Shown one piece after another: positions 9,381 through 18,368 of a stretch of 64,000 nucleotides of DNA (positions within the stretch are counted from its first letter, which is position 1; every line of letters starts with the position of its first letter). The notes beneath the pieces were generated by a model, which was not told the DNA's origin, did not search any database, and saw only the letters and a list, made by a program, of their open reading frames with translations. The position numbers and the translations under genes are program-made. The DNA comes from Gammaproteobacteria bacterium (GTDB lineage Bacteria > Pseudomonadota > Gammaproteobacteria > RBG-16-57-12). The DNA is taken from the NCBI GenBank assembly GCA_022712945.1, contig JAFLJP010000122.1, forward strand, positions 1,853 through 65,852, written 5' to 3'.

Positions 9381-10256
9381 TCAGGAGAGCAGTAAACCCT
9401 CTATCATCTGCTCTGCCTGGCGAATATAGCCACCACCGAACAGATTGCCATGGTTCAAAATATGATAGAGATTGTAGAGGTTTTTACGTTGTTGATGCCC
9501 TTCATCCAGAGGGTAAGCGGCTTGGTAAGCATCGTAGAAACCGGGTGAAAAACCGCCGAACAGCTCAGTCATTGCCAAATCAGTCTCTCGATCACCGTAA
9601 TAGAGTGCTGGGTCAAAAATTAGTGGCTCTCCCTGGCGGTTAAAAGCGTAGTTCCCCGACCAGAGATCACCATGCAGCATGGAAGCGGCGGGCTGATGCC
9701 CCTCAAGCAGCTGGGGCAGCGCGGCCAATAGTTGTTGGCCCAGCGATTGAACAGACCCCTGGTAGCCAGCCTCAGCCAACAACTGTAGCTGCGGGGCGAT
9801 GCGCTGATCGCGCCAGAAAGCCAACCAGCTATCACCCTGGTCATTACATTGGGGGGTGGTGCCAATGGTATTGTGACGGTGCCAGCCAAAATGATCTGCG
9901 GTGGTGCGGTGCATATCAGCCAACTGTTGTCCCAACTGTGCCGGGCTGTTGCTGTGAGCGGCACCCAGGGCGATGTATTCCATCGCAATAAATGCACGTG
10001 AACCGGCCACGCCGCAGCAGATCGGGGCTGGTACTTGAATGGTATTGCCAGCCTTGATCTCCAGCAGCGCCTGGTATTCCGCTTCAAACATCGGTAGTTG
10101 GCTGGCGGCATTCAGCTTTACAAAAACCGCCTGGCCATTATCTTCTAGCAGATAAGCGGCATTAATATCACCGCCACTGATCGGTCGAGGGTTTTGTGCT
10201 GCAAACGGCTGATTCAGCGCATCGGCAATGTGTTCAGAAATATCAGACCACGGCAT
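9381..10256 (-). CDS. fructosamine kinase family protein
   Basis: SGGDIN, FVKLN, MFEAE, LHGDLWSGN, FDPA, DRETDLAMTELFGGF. Confidence 0.92.
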   Translation of the reverse strand: MPWSDISEHIADALNQPFAAQNPRPISGGDINAAYLLEDNGQAVFVKLNAASQLPMFEAEYQALLEIKAGNTIQVPAPICCGVAGSRAFIAMEYIALGAAHSNSPAQLGQQLADMHRTTADHFGWHRHNTIGTTPQCNDQGDSWLAFWRDQRIAPQLQLLAEAGYQGSVQSLGQQLLAALPQLLEGHQPAASMLHGDLWSGNYAFNRQGEPLIFDPALYYGDRETDLAMTELFGGFSPGFYDAYQAAYPLDEGHQQRKNLYNLYHILNHGNLFGGGYIRQAEQMIEGLLLS

Positions 10257-10378
10257 AAGGGACTCCTATTTGCTATCACCCTGATCTGGATAGTTTATGA
10301 ATTATTCGGGTTAGGATAGTGTTCGCTCTACCCGCTGGCTATAATGACGTTATCATAAAATCGCGAGAGTTGATGTTG

Positions 10379-10933
10379 ATGCTGAAAAAACCGCAACTAC
10401 TACATGCCGAAGTGGTGGCACACACCCAGGTATTTAAAGTTGAACAGCTTGATTTGCGCTTCGCCAATGGTACCGAGGTGCGATATGAGCGTCTGCTTGG
10501 CTCTCAGGATGGCGCTGTTTTAATTATTCCGATGATCGATGAACAGACGGCGCTACTGGTGCGTGAATATGCAGCGGGGGTGGGCGATTATCAGCTGATG
10601 TTGCCCAAGGGCCGTATCGAAAAAGGGGAGCCGCCACTCGATGCCGCCAACCGGGAGATGATGGAAGAGATTGGCTATGGTGCCAGCAAACTGACCCACA
10701 TCACCACCCTCAGCCAAGCCCCCTCCTATCAAACCCACGCCACCCATATTATTCTCGCCGAACAGCTCTACCCCGAAAAAAGGCAGGGGGATGAGCCAGA
10801 GCCCCTTGAGGTGGTGCCGTGGCGGCTGGATAATCTGCCTGAGCTATTTGCCACTGGTGAGTTCAATGAAGCACGCAGTGTGGCGGCCATCTACATGGCG
10901 CGGGATTTAGCGCTCACCGCGCGGGGCCAATAA
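10379..10933 (+). CDS. nudE: ADP compounds hydrolase NudE
   Basis: LDLRFANG...YERL, REYAAG, Nudix box KGRIEKGE...AANREMMEEIG; start moved to MLKKP. Confidence 0.88.
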   Translation: MLKKPQLLHAEVVAHTQVFKVEQLDLRFANGTEVRYERLLGSQDGAVLIIPMIDEQTALLVREYAAGVGDYQLMLPKGRIEKGEPPLDAANREMMEEIGYGASKLTHITTLSQAPSYQTHATHIILAEQLYPEKRQGDEPEPLEVVPWRLDNLPELFATGEFNEARSVAAIYMARDLALTARGQ

Positions 10934-11739
10934 TGCACCCAACACCCAATGATTTGATTCCGATGTTGATTATGCTGTGTCGCTGTACCGGCAATCGCAT
11001 TAATGAGATCTACAACGGTAAGTTTCAGATTGAGCAAAAGTCGGATATGACACCGGTCACCTGTGCTGACATCGCTGCCCATTGCGCCATCGTCTCTTGT
11101 CTGGAGATGATCACACCCGAGATTCCGGTGCTCTCTGAAGAGGCGGATGAAACCCCTTTTGAAGAGCGCCGCCACTGGCAGCGTTACTGGTTGATTGATC
11201 CGGTTGATGGCACACGGGAATTTATTAATCGAACCGGCGAGTTCACCATCAACATCGCGCTGATTGAAAATAACCAACCGATTTTAGGGGTAATTTATGC
11301 CCCCGTAATTGGTGCCTGCTACTACGCCAGCCGTAATAACGGGGCGTTTAAACTGCTCACAGGACAACAAGCACAAGCGATCAATGTCCGGTACAGTGAC
11401 CGACAAAAACTGGTGGTTGCCGCAGGACGCTCAGGCACCACGCCTGAGTTTGAACACTACATCAGCCAATTTATTGAACCACAGGTGATTACCATTGGCA
11501 GTTCATTAAAGTCGTGCCTGATCGCCGCAGGCGAAGTGGATATCTACCCGCGCTTTGGCCCTACCTCCGAGTGGGACACCGCCGCCGCGCAGTGCATTCT
11601 TGAAGAGGCGGGCGGAATGATTACCGACACCAACCTGCAACCCTTGCGTTACAACACCAAAGAGTCACTATTAAACCCCGACTTTCTCGCTTTTGGTGAT
11701 GTTGACCATGATTGGAGTTGTTACTTGCGATGCAAGTAG
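10933..11739 (+). CDS. cysQ: 3'(2'),5'-bisphosphate nucleotidase CysQ
   Basis: LSEE, WLIDPVDGTREF, GSSLK, PTSEWDTAAAQ; translationally coupled to nudE. Confidence 0.92.
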   Translation: MHPTPNDLIPMLIMLCRCTGNRINEIYNGKFQIEQKSDMTPVTCADIAAHCAIVSCLEMITPEIPVLSEEADETPFEERRHWQRYWLIDPVDGTREFINRTGEFTINIALIENNQPILGVIYAPVIGACYYASRNNGAFKLLTGQQAQAINVRYSDRQKLVVAAGRSGTTPEFEHYISQFIEPQVITIGSSLKSCLIAAGEVDIYPRFGPTSEWDTAAAQCILEEAGGMITDTNLQPLRYNTKESLLNPDFLAFGDVDHDWSCYLRCK

Positions 11740-11880
11740 CTATGAATTCTCCTCACCAATATATTCAAAGCGAGCAATCAGCTCGCCATTTACCTCCACC
11801 GACTCACTGAACATACCGGCGGGTCGTACCCACAGTGATTGATCGCCATAGAGTGGACGATAAACCACCATTGGCTCCAC
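11740..11880 (-). pseudogene. 5'-truncated DUF1653-family gene (not in the ORF track)
   Basis: Translates VEPMVVYRPLYGDQSLWVRPAGMFSESVEVNGELIARFEYIGEENS*, the C-terminal two thirds of DUF1653; the YRHYKG N-terminus is absent. Confidence 0.7.
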
Positions 11881-11919
11881 TGTGCTGAAAATGCACCTAA
11901 TTACGCATATCAAATAATT

Positions 11920-11999
11920 GTAGGAGCCATCTTTAGATGGCGAAACAGGTATCGCGGCACCTCCACAAGAATTTATCGCAAGCTAAAGCTGGCTCCTAC
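11920..11999. repeat. REPIN (inverted doublet of GTAG REPs), copy 1
   Basis: gtaggagccatctttagatggcga...tcgcaagctaaagctggctcctac, 80 bp; about 9 mismatches to the reverse complement of 24848-24927. Confidence 0.9.
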
Positions 12000-12010
12000 G
12001 TGTAGAGACA

Positions 12011-13195
12011 CTAGTTTTCATATCCTCTACGGGCAGATAACAGCAGATTACGCGGTGTTAAAGTGCGATCACAAAAGTGGCTTATCTGCACATGGTAGCC
12101 GCTTAACTCCAGATAACAGGCCATATCCAACACCAACCATATTTCAAGGGCACGGCGAAAGGCAAAACGTGGCAGTGAGAGTCGCATGCTCTCTCGCTGG
12201 CGCTGTTGGCCCTCTGTTTGGTAGTGTTGCCAATCAATGTTGTCAGGCAATTTGTGGCTATCACGCTGTGCCAGATGTTGGCAAAAATGCTCAAAACCCT
12301 CCCGTAACCACTGTTTGTTAAACGGCTTGATCGGCTGGTAAGGCAGCCCAAGCTGCTGTTGCAATATCAGCTCATACCCCAGCTTCCAGACCATCTCCCG
12401 GTCGCGCCATTTCAACTCACGGCGGCTGGCGGTTGCTACCCCGGTAACCGCTAAACGCAGCGCGTTGTGATCCAGCTGTAATGTTAAGCCATCGGTAAAA
12501 GGGGAGTAACTTTTCTCGTGGGTGCGGTAGTAACAGCAGGGGGCAAGATCGAATGCTGGCAGTTGATGGGCCACTGCCTGACGAATTAGGGTGCAGTGCA
12601 ATTCACCACAGGCGTGCAGTGCAATGGTGTGTTGCTGCTGTATAAGCCTCTTTGGCAGTGGTGCCAATACATCAATATTTTTAAAGTGCTGATCAACACC
12701 GCTGCGCTGTACCAGCTGCTCCCCGGCGGCACACAACTGTGCATCCCACTCCAGCGTGGTCACCGGCTGCTGCCACTGCATCGCCATCAAACGCCCCAGA
12801 TGACCTTTACCACCACACCACTCCAGAATGGGACGCTCAACTTTACCGACTGCCGCGCTAAAAGCTTGAATCTGTTGCCACTTGCGCCCCGGAATCGCAC
12901 TATGAAAACGCGGGTTCAGCGGCTTTAGTGCACAAAATTCAGCCTCGGCAACCGCGGTAAGCGGGGTCATATCAGAGAGTTCGGGGAGATAAGGCCGTAA
13001 CAACGCCAAGAGTGCGAAGTGGTCACCCTGCATCATTGCCAGCTCATCATCACTGAGCCTCAACAACTGTTCAGTCAATACCGGTAAACGCTCACACCAC
13101 GCCGGGCGCGACTGCTTAAAGGGCTGGGGATGCCAGAGCCATTGGTAGTCACTCAACAACTGATCCAGCTGCGGTAATTTTTGTTGGTATTTCAT
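12011..13195 (-). CDS. SAM-dependent methyltransferase (Methyltransf_32-like)
   Basis: GRKWQQI, LEWCGGKGHLG, ALHACGELH, APCCY, TPRNLL. Confidence 0.8.
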   Translation of the reverse strand: MKYQQKLPQLDQLLSDYQWLWHPQPFKQSRPAWCERLPVLTEQLLRLSDDELAMMQGDHFALLALLRPYLPELSDMTPLTAVAEAEFCALKPLNPRFHSAIPGRKWQQIQAFSAAVGKVERPILEWCGGKGHLGRLMAMQWQQPVTTLEWDAQLCAAGEQLVQRSGVDQHFKNIDVLAPLPKRLIQQQHTIALHACGELHCTLIRQAVAHQLPAFDLAPCCYYRTHEKSYSPFTDGLTLQLDHNALRLAVTGVATASRRELKWRDREMVWKLGYELILQQQLGLPYQPIKPFNKQWLREGFEHFCQHLAQRDSHKLPDNIDWQHYQTEGQQRQRESMRLSLPRFAFRRALEIWLVLDMACYLELSGYHVQISHFCDRTLTPRNLLLSARRGYEN

Positions 13196-13295
13196 TGGTG
13201 GCAGAGTAGCACGGTTTTAATATCCGCTATGGCGTGCGTGACAAGTGCACTCTACAATGCGGTTAATGAATAAACCCCACCCGAGTTGAAATCGA

Positions 13296-14612
13296 ATGAA
13301 TGAATGGTTGGCAAGGCGCTATAGCAAAGAGCAGCAGCGCGGTGGTTTTATCGCCACCACACCGGAGAGCAATTATCAGCGTGACCGGGCGCGGGTGATT
13401 CATTCCGCAGCACTGCGTAGTCTGCAATCCAAAACACAGGTACTGAGTGTCGGTGAGAGTGATTTTTATCGCACTCGCCTGACTCACTCGCTGGAGGTGG
13501 CACAGATCGGCTCGGGCATTTGCGAAACACTGCATGATAAATACCGGGATGATGCGGATATTCAACACTGGTTGCCCTGCATGCCGTTGATAGAGGCGAT
13601 CTCTCTCTGCCACGACCTGGGGCATCCGCCCTTTGGTCACGGTGGTGAGGTGGCGCTTAACCACATGATGCACGCCCACGGGGGGTTTGAGGGTAATGGT
13701 CAGACACTGCGCATTATTGCCCGCCTGGGGGAGTATTCACCCGAGCAGGGCTTTAACCTCACCCGGCGTACTCTGTTGGGGGTTCTTAAATACCCGGTGC
13801 TGTATAGTGATGTGGTCAATTATCCCGATGATATTGAAGCGCATGGCAACAGCAATATCTCCCGCTGGGAGCCACCCAAGTGCATTATGGATGACGAGGC
13901 GGAGATACTTGAGTGGATTCTTGAGCCCTTCTCGGAGCAAGACCGCCAGCAGTTTCGCAGGCTTCAGCAACACCCCGACAGACACCACCGCGCCCTCTTC
14001 AAGGCATTCGATACCTCAATTATGGAGATTGCTGACGATATCGCCTACGGGGTACACGACCTTGAAGATGCCCTGACCATGCGTCTGGTGGATTTTCATC
14101 ACTGGAAAAAAGAGGTGGTAGAACCCATCATCGCGCTGGGCGACAATGATGTGAGCCGCGAGATTGAGTTTTATAACCAGAAGCTGTTTGCCGACAAGAA
14201 AGCCCGCAAACATGCGATCAGTAAGTTGGTCGGTTTTTTGGTGCAGCATATCGAAATTCAGCAGTGTGAAAAATTCTCCCACCCACTACTCACCTATCAG
14301 GCGACGCTGATTTCACCCGCCCATGAGATCCTCAACCTGCTGAAAGCCTTTATCTTCAAACATGTGATTAAATCACCCGAGGTACAGGCACTGGAGTTTA
14401 AAGGTCAACAGATGATTCAGCGCCTATTTAAGGTGTTAAGTGAAAACCCGATGCGCCTGTTGCCGGAAGAGCATCAACTGCTGTATCAATCAGCCAACAA
14501 CCCTCAGCGGGTTATCTGCGACTACATTGCCAGTCTTACCGATAGTCAGGCCACCAAGCTGTATCACAAGCTGTTCACACCCAGTAGCGGGTCGATTTTT
14601 GAGCGCTTATGA
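13296..14612 (+). CDS. dgt: deoxyguanosine triphosphate triphosphohydrolase (HD-family dGTPase)
   Basis: RDRARVIHS, KTQV, RTRLTHSLEV, HDLGHPPFGHGGE, FEGNGQ, KYP, ADDIAYGVHDLED, DYIASLTD. Confidence 0.9.
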   Translation: MNEWLARRYSKEQQRGGFIATTPESNYQRDRARVIHSAALRSLQSKTQVLSVGESDFYRTRLTHSLEVAQIGSGICETLHDKYRDDADIQHWLPCMPLIEAISLCHDLGHPPFGHGGEVALNHMMHAHGGFEGNGQTLRIIARLGEYSPEQGFNLTRRTLLGVLKYPVLYSDVVNYPDDIEAHGNSNISRWEPPKCIMDDEAEILEWILEPFSEQDRQQFRRLQQHPDRHHRALFKAFDTSIMEIADDIAYGVHDLEDALTMRLVDFHHWKKEVVEPIIALGDNDVSREIEFYNQKLFADKKARKHAISKLVGFLVQHIEIQQCEKFSHPLLTYQATLISPAHEILNLLKAFIFKHVIKSPEVQALEFKGQQMIQRLFKVLSENPMRLLPEEHQLLYQSANNPQRVICDYIASLTDSQATKLYHKLFTPSSGSIFERL

Positions 14613-15290
14613 GTCGCAGCTGACCGTTGCCAGGTAATCATCTAATGTTCGCCCCGGAACCGAGACAAATGTTTCCGTTAATGCCGTCACCTGCTGCATA
14701 CGGTCTAAACGAAAATGGCGAAATTGATCCCGCAGCTCGCACCACGCAGTTAAGGTCCACACTTTACCCCAGTAAAAGATACCCAAGGGGTGAATGGTAC
14801 GTTGGGAGTGCTGCCCATCTTCACGGGTGTAATTAAAAGCCACCTTCTGTTGCTGCTTAATCGCTTCCCGCAGCAATGAAAGGTGTTGCACCGCTTCATT
14901 ATTGGTCATGAAATCCGGCACCATAACCTCTTGGCGTGCCAGCTCCGGCTTCAGCCGTTCTGGTAGTACATTTTCAATTTTCCGAATCGCCATTTGTGCC
15001 GCTTTGGCCAGTGTTGGATCACTCCACACCTGCATCATTCGTGCACCAATCATCAGTGCCGCCAGCTCCTGCTTGTTAAACATGAGAGGTGGCAGGTGAA
15101 AACCCTTCATCAGCCGATAACCCACCCCGGCCTCGGATTCAATCGGCACCCCGGAGAGCGAAAGATCCTGCATGTCCCGGTAGATGGTACGTTCAGAAAC
15201 CGACAGCTCATCGGCAAGGTAACGCGCCGTCACCACCCGCCTGTCACTCAGCAGTTGAATGATTTGAAACAGGCGGTCAGCGCGACGCAT
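14607..15290 (-). CDS. YafY-family HTH-WYL transcriptional regulator
   Basis: MRRADRLFQII, LSVSERTIYRD (HTH_11), GVGYRL, WTLTAWCELRDQFRHFRLDRM (WYL domain). Confidence 0.93.
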   Translation of the reverse strand: MRRADRLFQIIQLLSDRRVVTARYLADELSVSERTIYRDMQDLSLSGVPIESEAGVGYRLMKGFHLPPLMFNKQELAALMIGARMMQVWSDPTLAKAAQMAIRKIENVLPERLKPELARQEVMVPDFMTNNEAVQHLSLLREAIKQQQKVAFNYTREDGQHSQRTIHPLGIFYWGKVWTLTAWCELRDQFRHFRLDRMQQVTALTETFVSVPGRTLDDYLATVSCDS

Positions 15291-15300
15291 GGGGACTCCT

Positions 15301-15343
15301 TAGGGATGTAGAATTTATTAAAATACCGATGCTACATCCCTTA
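15301..15343. repeat. collapsed (ends-only) copy of MITE family B
   Basis: tagggatgtagaatttattaaaataccg + ctacatccctta correspond to the left and right ends of the element at 63758-63922. Confidence 0.85.
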
Positions 15344-15363
15344 CTACTTTATGTGGGATGAAT

Positions 15364-15774
15364 TTAACCCGCGTTATTCAAACACTCTGCGTTATAGGTT
15401 ATGAAGGTGATAACCGCTCCTTGTGGATCTTGTACCACCACGAAACGCCCCACACTGGGAATATCCTGCGGCCCCATACAGACTTTGCCGCCCAACTGTT
15501 CTGCTTTTTTTGCCGTACTCTCCACGTCATCGACAGTGATGTAGCCTCCCCAGCTGGCGGGCATCCCTTTGGCCTCTTTTGGTATCGCCATCACTCCCGC
15601 CAGCTGTGTGTCGCCTGATTTAGCCATAACATATTCCATCTCTGCATCTGGGCACGCCGCTAGCTGCCAGCCGAGCAGTTCACCATAAAAGGCTTTGGCC
15701 CCTTCAACATCCGTGGTCATCAACTCATTCCAACTGAATGCCCCGTGTTTTTTCATTGCTTCTTCGCTGTACAT
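15364..15774 (-). CDS. VOC family protein (glyoxalase/bleomycin-resistance-like)
   Basis: FSWNELMTTD, FYGELLGW, WGGYITVDDV, GRFVVVQDPQGA. Confidence 0.88.
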   Translation of the reverse strand: MYSEEAMKKHGAFSWNELMTTDVEGAKAFYGELLGWQLAACPDAEMEYVMAKSGDTQLAGVMAIPKEAKGMPASWGGYITVDDVESTAKKAEQLGGKVCMGPQDIPSVGRFVVVQDPQGAVITFITYNAECLNNAG

Positions 15775-15824
15775 TGTTGTTTCTCCTTGTTTTGTTATTG
15801 TGGAACCCTGACTTTAAAGCAGGG

Positions 15825-15848
15825 CTACTGACAGCATAGTGTCAGTAG
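15825..15848. promoter_or_regulatory. palindromic operator, candidate WYL-regulator site 1
   Basis: CTACTGACA-gcatag-TGTCAGTAG, perfect 9-bp arms, about 50 bp upstream of the VOC gene starting at 15774. Confidence 0.75.
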
Positions 15849-15867
15849 TGTTTGGTGATACTGTTTA

Positions 15868-16554
15868 TTAATAACGAAGTGCCAGTGAGCGACAAAGAAA
15901 GTGCATTAACGGATCGCCGTGGCGAAAGTAATCCGCAACATTGGCCAGCAGTTCATCTGAGGTGATAAACCCCTCACTCACTGGTGCAATGCCGATAAAA
16001 TCTTTGCGCTTAAGATCGTCTATCATCAGGTGATCTTTGGCGTAGCCCCGAGGGGCGTTTTTCAGTGACTCGCCCACCAGTTCAAAGTGTTGGTAGAAAT
16101 CACTTTTATCTGCAATATTTTCCCACTCCCGAGTTCGCAATAACAGACCATCACGAATCTGCCCCAGGGCCTTGGAGTCTGGTTTCCAGATCCCGACACC
16201 GATAAAGCAGTCCTCTTTTTCAATGTGCAGATAGAAGCCGGGGGCGTGCACATCTTTACCCATTTCATGGCGAAACTGAATGCCAATATTGGTTTTATAG
16301 GGGCGTTTGTCATGGCCAAAGCGGATATCACGATTCACCCGCATCAGTGAACCGCCCACTTTTTTTGGCAGTGCCAAAAAGTGAGGGGAGATGGCGGCCA
16401 GTTCATCGGCCATATCTTCAATAAAGCGCAACGCCGGGCCTCGCACCCGTGCCTCATATTCGGCTTTATGTTCAAGAAACCAGTCACGGTTGTTATTGGC
16501 CGCTAGGCGTTGCAAGAAACCGAAGGTGGCCGGGCTGAAATAACGGTTATCCAT
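15868..16554 (-). CDS. DUF2461 family protein (TIGR02453-like)
   Basis: LAANNNRDWF, RDIRFGHDKRPYKT, APGFYLH, LKNAPRGY, LKRKDF. Confidence 0.88.
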   Translation of the reverse strand: MDNRYFSPATFGFLQRLAANNNRDWFLEHKAEYEARVRGPALRFIEDMADELAAISPHFLALPKKVGGSLMRVNRDIRFGHDKRPYKTNIGIQFRHEMGKDVHAPGFYLHIEKEDCFIGVGIWKPDSKALGQIRDGLLLRTREWENIADKSDFYQHFELVGESLKNAPRGYAKDHLMIDDLKRKDFIGIAPVSEGFITSDELLANVADYFRHGDPLMHFLCRSLALRY

Positions 16555-16907
16555 TATTTATCTGACCAGACCGCAAACTCATTACCACTGGGCTCGGTAA
16601 ATTGAAATCGCCGACCGCCTGGGAATGCGAAAATGGGCATCACAATAACACCGCCAGCGGCCTCTATTTTGGCTTGAGTCGCTTCAAGACTCTGGCTATA
16701 AAAGACCACCAGCGCGGCACCGTTAGCGGTGGATGATTTCAATTCAGATGTGTAAAAACCCCCATCGACACCTTGACCTGAAAAGGCCGCATAGTCCGGG
16801 CCGAAATCCTCAAATGACCAGCCAAATATTTGGCTAAAAAACTGTTTTGTTGCCTGAATATCCTTTGCCGGAAATTCAACATAATTTATTTTTTCATGCT
16901 TATTCAC
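16554..16907 (-). CDS. VOC family protein
   Basis: INYVEFPAKD, FGWSFEDFGPDY, FPGGRRFQFTEPSGNEFAVWS; 1-nt overlap with DUF2461. Confidence 0.88.
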   Translation of the reverse strand: MNKHEKINYVEFPAKDIQATKQFFSQIFGWSFEDFGPDYAAFSGQGVDGGFYTSELKSSTANGAALVVFYSQSLEATQAKIEAAGGVIVMPIFAFPGGRRFQFTEPSGNEFAVWSDK

Positions 16908-16947
16908 TTCATCACTCCCTATCCCTTTGCAAGAAGTATAGATAACA

Positions 16948-16971
16948 CTACTGACAGCATGGTGTCAGTAG
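16948..16971. promoter_or_regulatory. palindromic operator, candidate WYL-regulator site 2
   Basis: CTACTGACA-gcatgg-TGTCAGTAG, 23/24 identical to site 1; followed on the minus strand by a TATACT -10-like hexamer. Confidence 0.75.
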
Positions 16972-16975
16972 CATT

Positions 16976-17138
16976 TAGAAACGATCACGAAATAACGTCT
17001 ACATTCTGACGTGCTCTTTTACCCCAGTTCAAACGATCTCAATCGTTACGTAGGCCAGCTATGCGCCTCTTGAGATCGTTTGAACGGGAGCAAAATTCCT
17101 GCATCATAATTGCCTAAGTTATTCCGTGCTCGTTCCTT
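16976..17138. mobile_element. MITE-like nested-hairpin element, family A (about 163 bp)
   Basis: Outer inverted repeat aacgatcacgaaataac/gttattccgtgctcgtt, inner inverted repeat gttcaaacgatctcaa/ttgagatcgtttgaac, core cgttacgtaggccagctatgcgcc; a second, deleted copy lies at 440-496. Confidence 0.8.
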
Positions 17139-17181
17139 GATAATATTGCAGATTTTTACGCTCAGGTGCACAATCAAGAAC

Positions 17182-18342
17182 ATGACAAAATCCAACCTTG
17201 ATCTCATCAGCATGATTCGCGGCCTTATTGGCACCCCCTCAATGAGCAGCGTGAGCCCGGCATTTGATACCAGCAACCTCGCGGTGATTGAGCTACTGGC
17301 CGCGTGGCTGGAAGATTTTGGTTTCAGCGTAGAGGTGATGCCACTGCCCAACCAGCCCGATAAAGCCAACCTGCTCGCCAGCATCGGCCCGCTGTTTGCT
17401 GAAAGTCAGGGGTTAATGTTTGCTGGCCACACCGATACGGTGCCTTACGATGCCGGGCGCTGGAGTTATGATCCGTTTAAGTTAGTCGAATCCAATCAAC
17501 GCCTCTACGGCCTCGGTAGCTCTGATATGAAAGCCTTTTTTGCGATTGTGCTTGAGGCGCTAAAAGGCATTGAGATCAACAAACTACAGCAGCCGACTTT
17601 CATTCTTGCCACCGCCGATGAAGAGAGTTCAATGATGGGTGCTCGCCGGTTGGTTGAGCGGGGCTGTCCGGGGGTGCGTTATGCGGTGATCGGCGAACCC
17701 ACCGGGCTCCAGCCGATTAATGCTCACAAAGGGATTATGATGGAATCAATTCGGCTCACTGGCCGTGCCGGACACTCCAGCAACCCCGATTTTGGGGCCA
17801 GTGCCTTGGAGGCGATGCACGAAGTGATCGCCGATCTCCTGGCGTGGCGCAAACAGTTACAAGCCGACTTTCGTGATGAGCAGTTCAGCGTGCCGGTGCC
17901 GACTCTCAACCTTGGCCAGATTAAAGGGGGCGACAACCCTAACCGGATTTGTGGTGAGTGCGAGCTGCACATCGACCTGCGCCCACTGCCAGGCATGGCA
18001 CTGGCCGAACTGCGAGAAGAGATCGAAAAACGTCTGCAACGCCGCTTTAAACAGACGGATATCAGCTGGCAACTGGAACAACTCTTTCCCGGTACACCGG
18101 CACTGCACACCCCCGCCAGCTCACCATTGGTACAAGAGGCTGAGGCACTCACCAAGCAGTGTTGCGGTGCGGTGGCATTCTGTACCGAAGCACCCTACCT
18201 GAGTGAACTCGGGATAGAGACCATCGTGCTCGGCCCCGGTGATATTGACCAGGCTCATCAGCCAGATGAATATTTAGCGCTGGATCGTATTGATCCCATG
18301 CAACGGGTGATTCAGCAGTTGGTGAAACGTTTTTGTTACTAA
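17182..18342 (+). CDS. argE: acetylornithine deacetylase
   Basis: GHTDTVPYD, GLGSSDMK, ADEE, GEPT, GHSSNP, GGDNPNRIC, TEAP, QAHQPDE; the ORF-track start at 17110 lies inside the repeat. Confidence 0.92.
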   Translation: MTKSNLDLISMIRGLIGTPSMSSVSPAFDTSNLAVIELLAAWLEDFGFSVEVMPLPNQPDKANLLASIGPLFAESQGLMFAGHTDTVPYDAGRWSYDPFKLVESNQRLYGLGSSDMKAFFAIVLEALKGIEINKLQQPTFILATADEESSMMGARRLVERGCPGVRYAVIGEPTGLQPINAHKGIMMESIRLTGRAGHSSNPDFGASALEAMHEVIADLLAWRKQLQADFRDEQFSVPVPTLNLGQIKGGDNPNRICGECELHIDLRPLPGMALAELREEIEKRLQRRFKQTDISWQLEQLFPGTPALHTPASSPLVQEAEALTKQCCGAVAFCTEAPYLSELGIETIVLGPGDIDQAHQPDEYLALDRIDPMQRVIQQLVKRFCY

Positions 18343-18368
18343 ATTTAAACCAAAGGGAGAAGCGATTT

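Noticed and set aside
11839..12321. ORFs 11839-12321 and 24670-24933 sharing the peptide VGAIFRWRN
   Set aside because: The similarity comes from translating the REPIN; these are not real genes
17046..17181. N-terminal extension of ArgE and the antisense ORF 17046-17384
   Set aside because: Both run through the family A repeat; the likely ArgE start is ATG 17182
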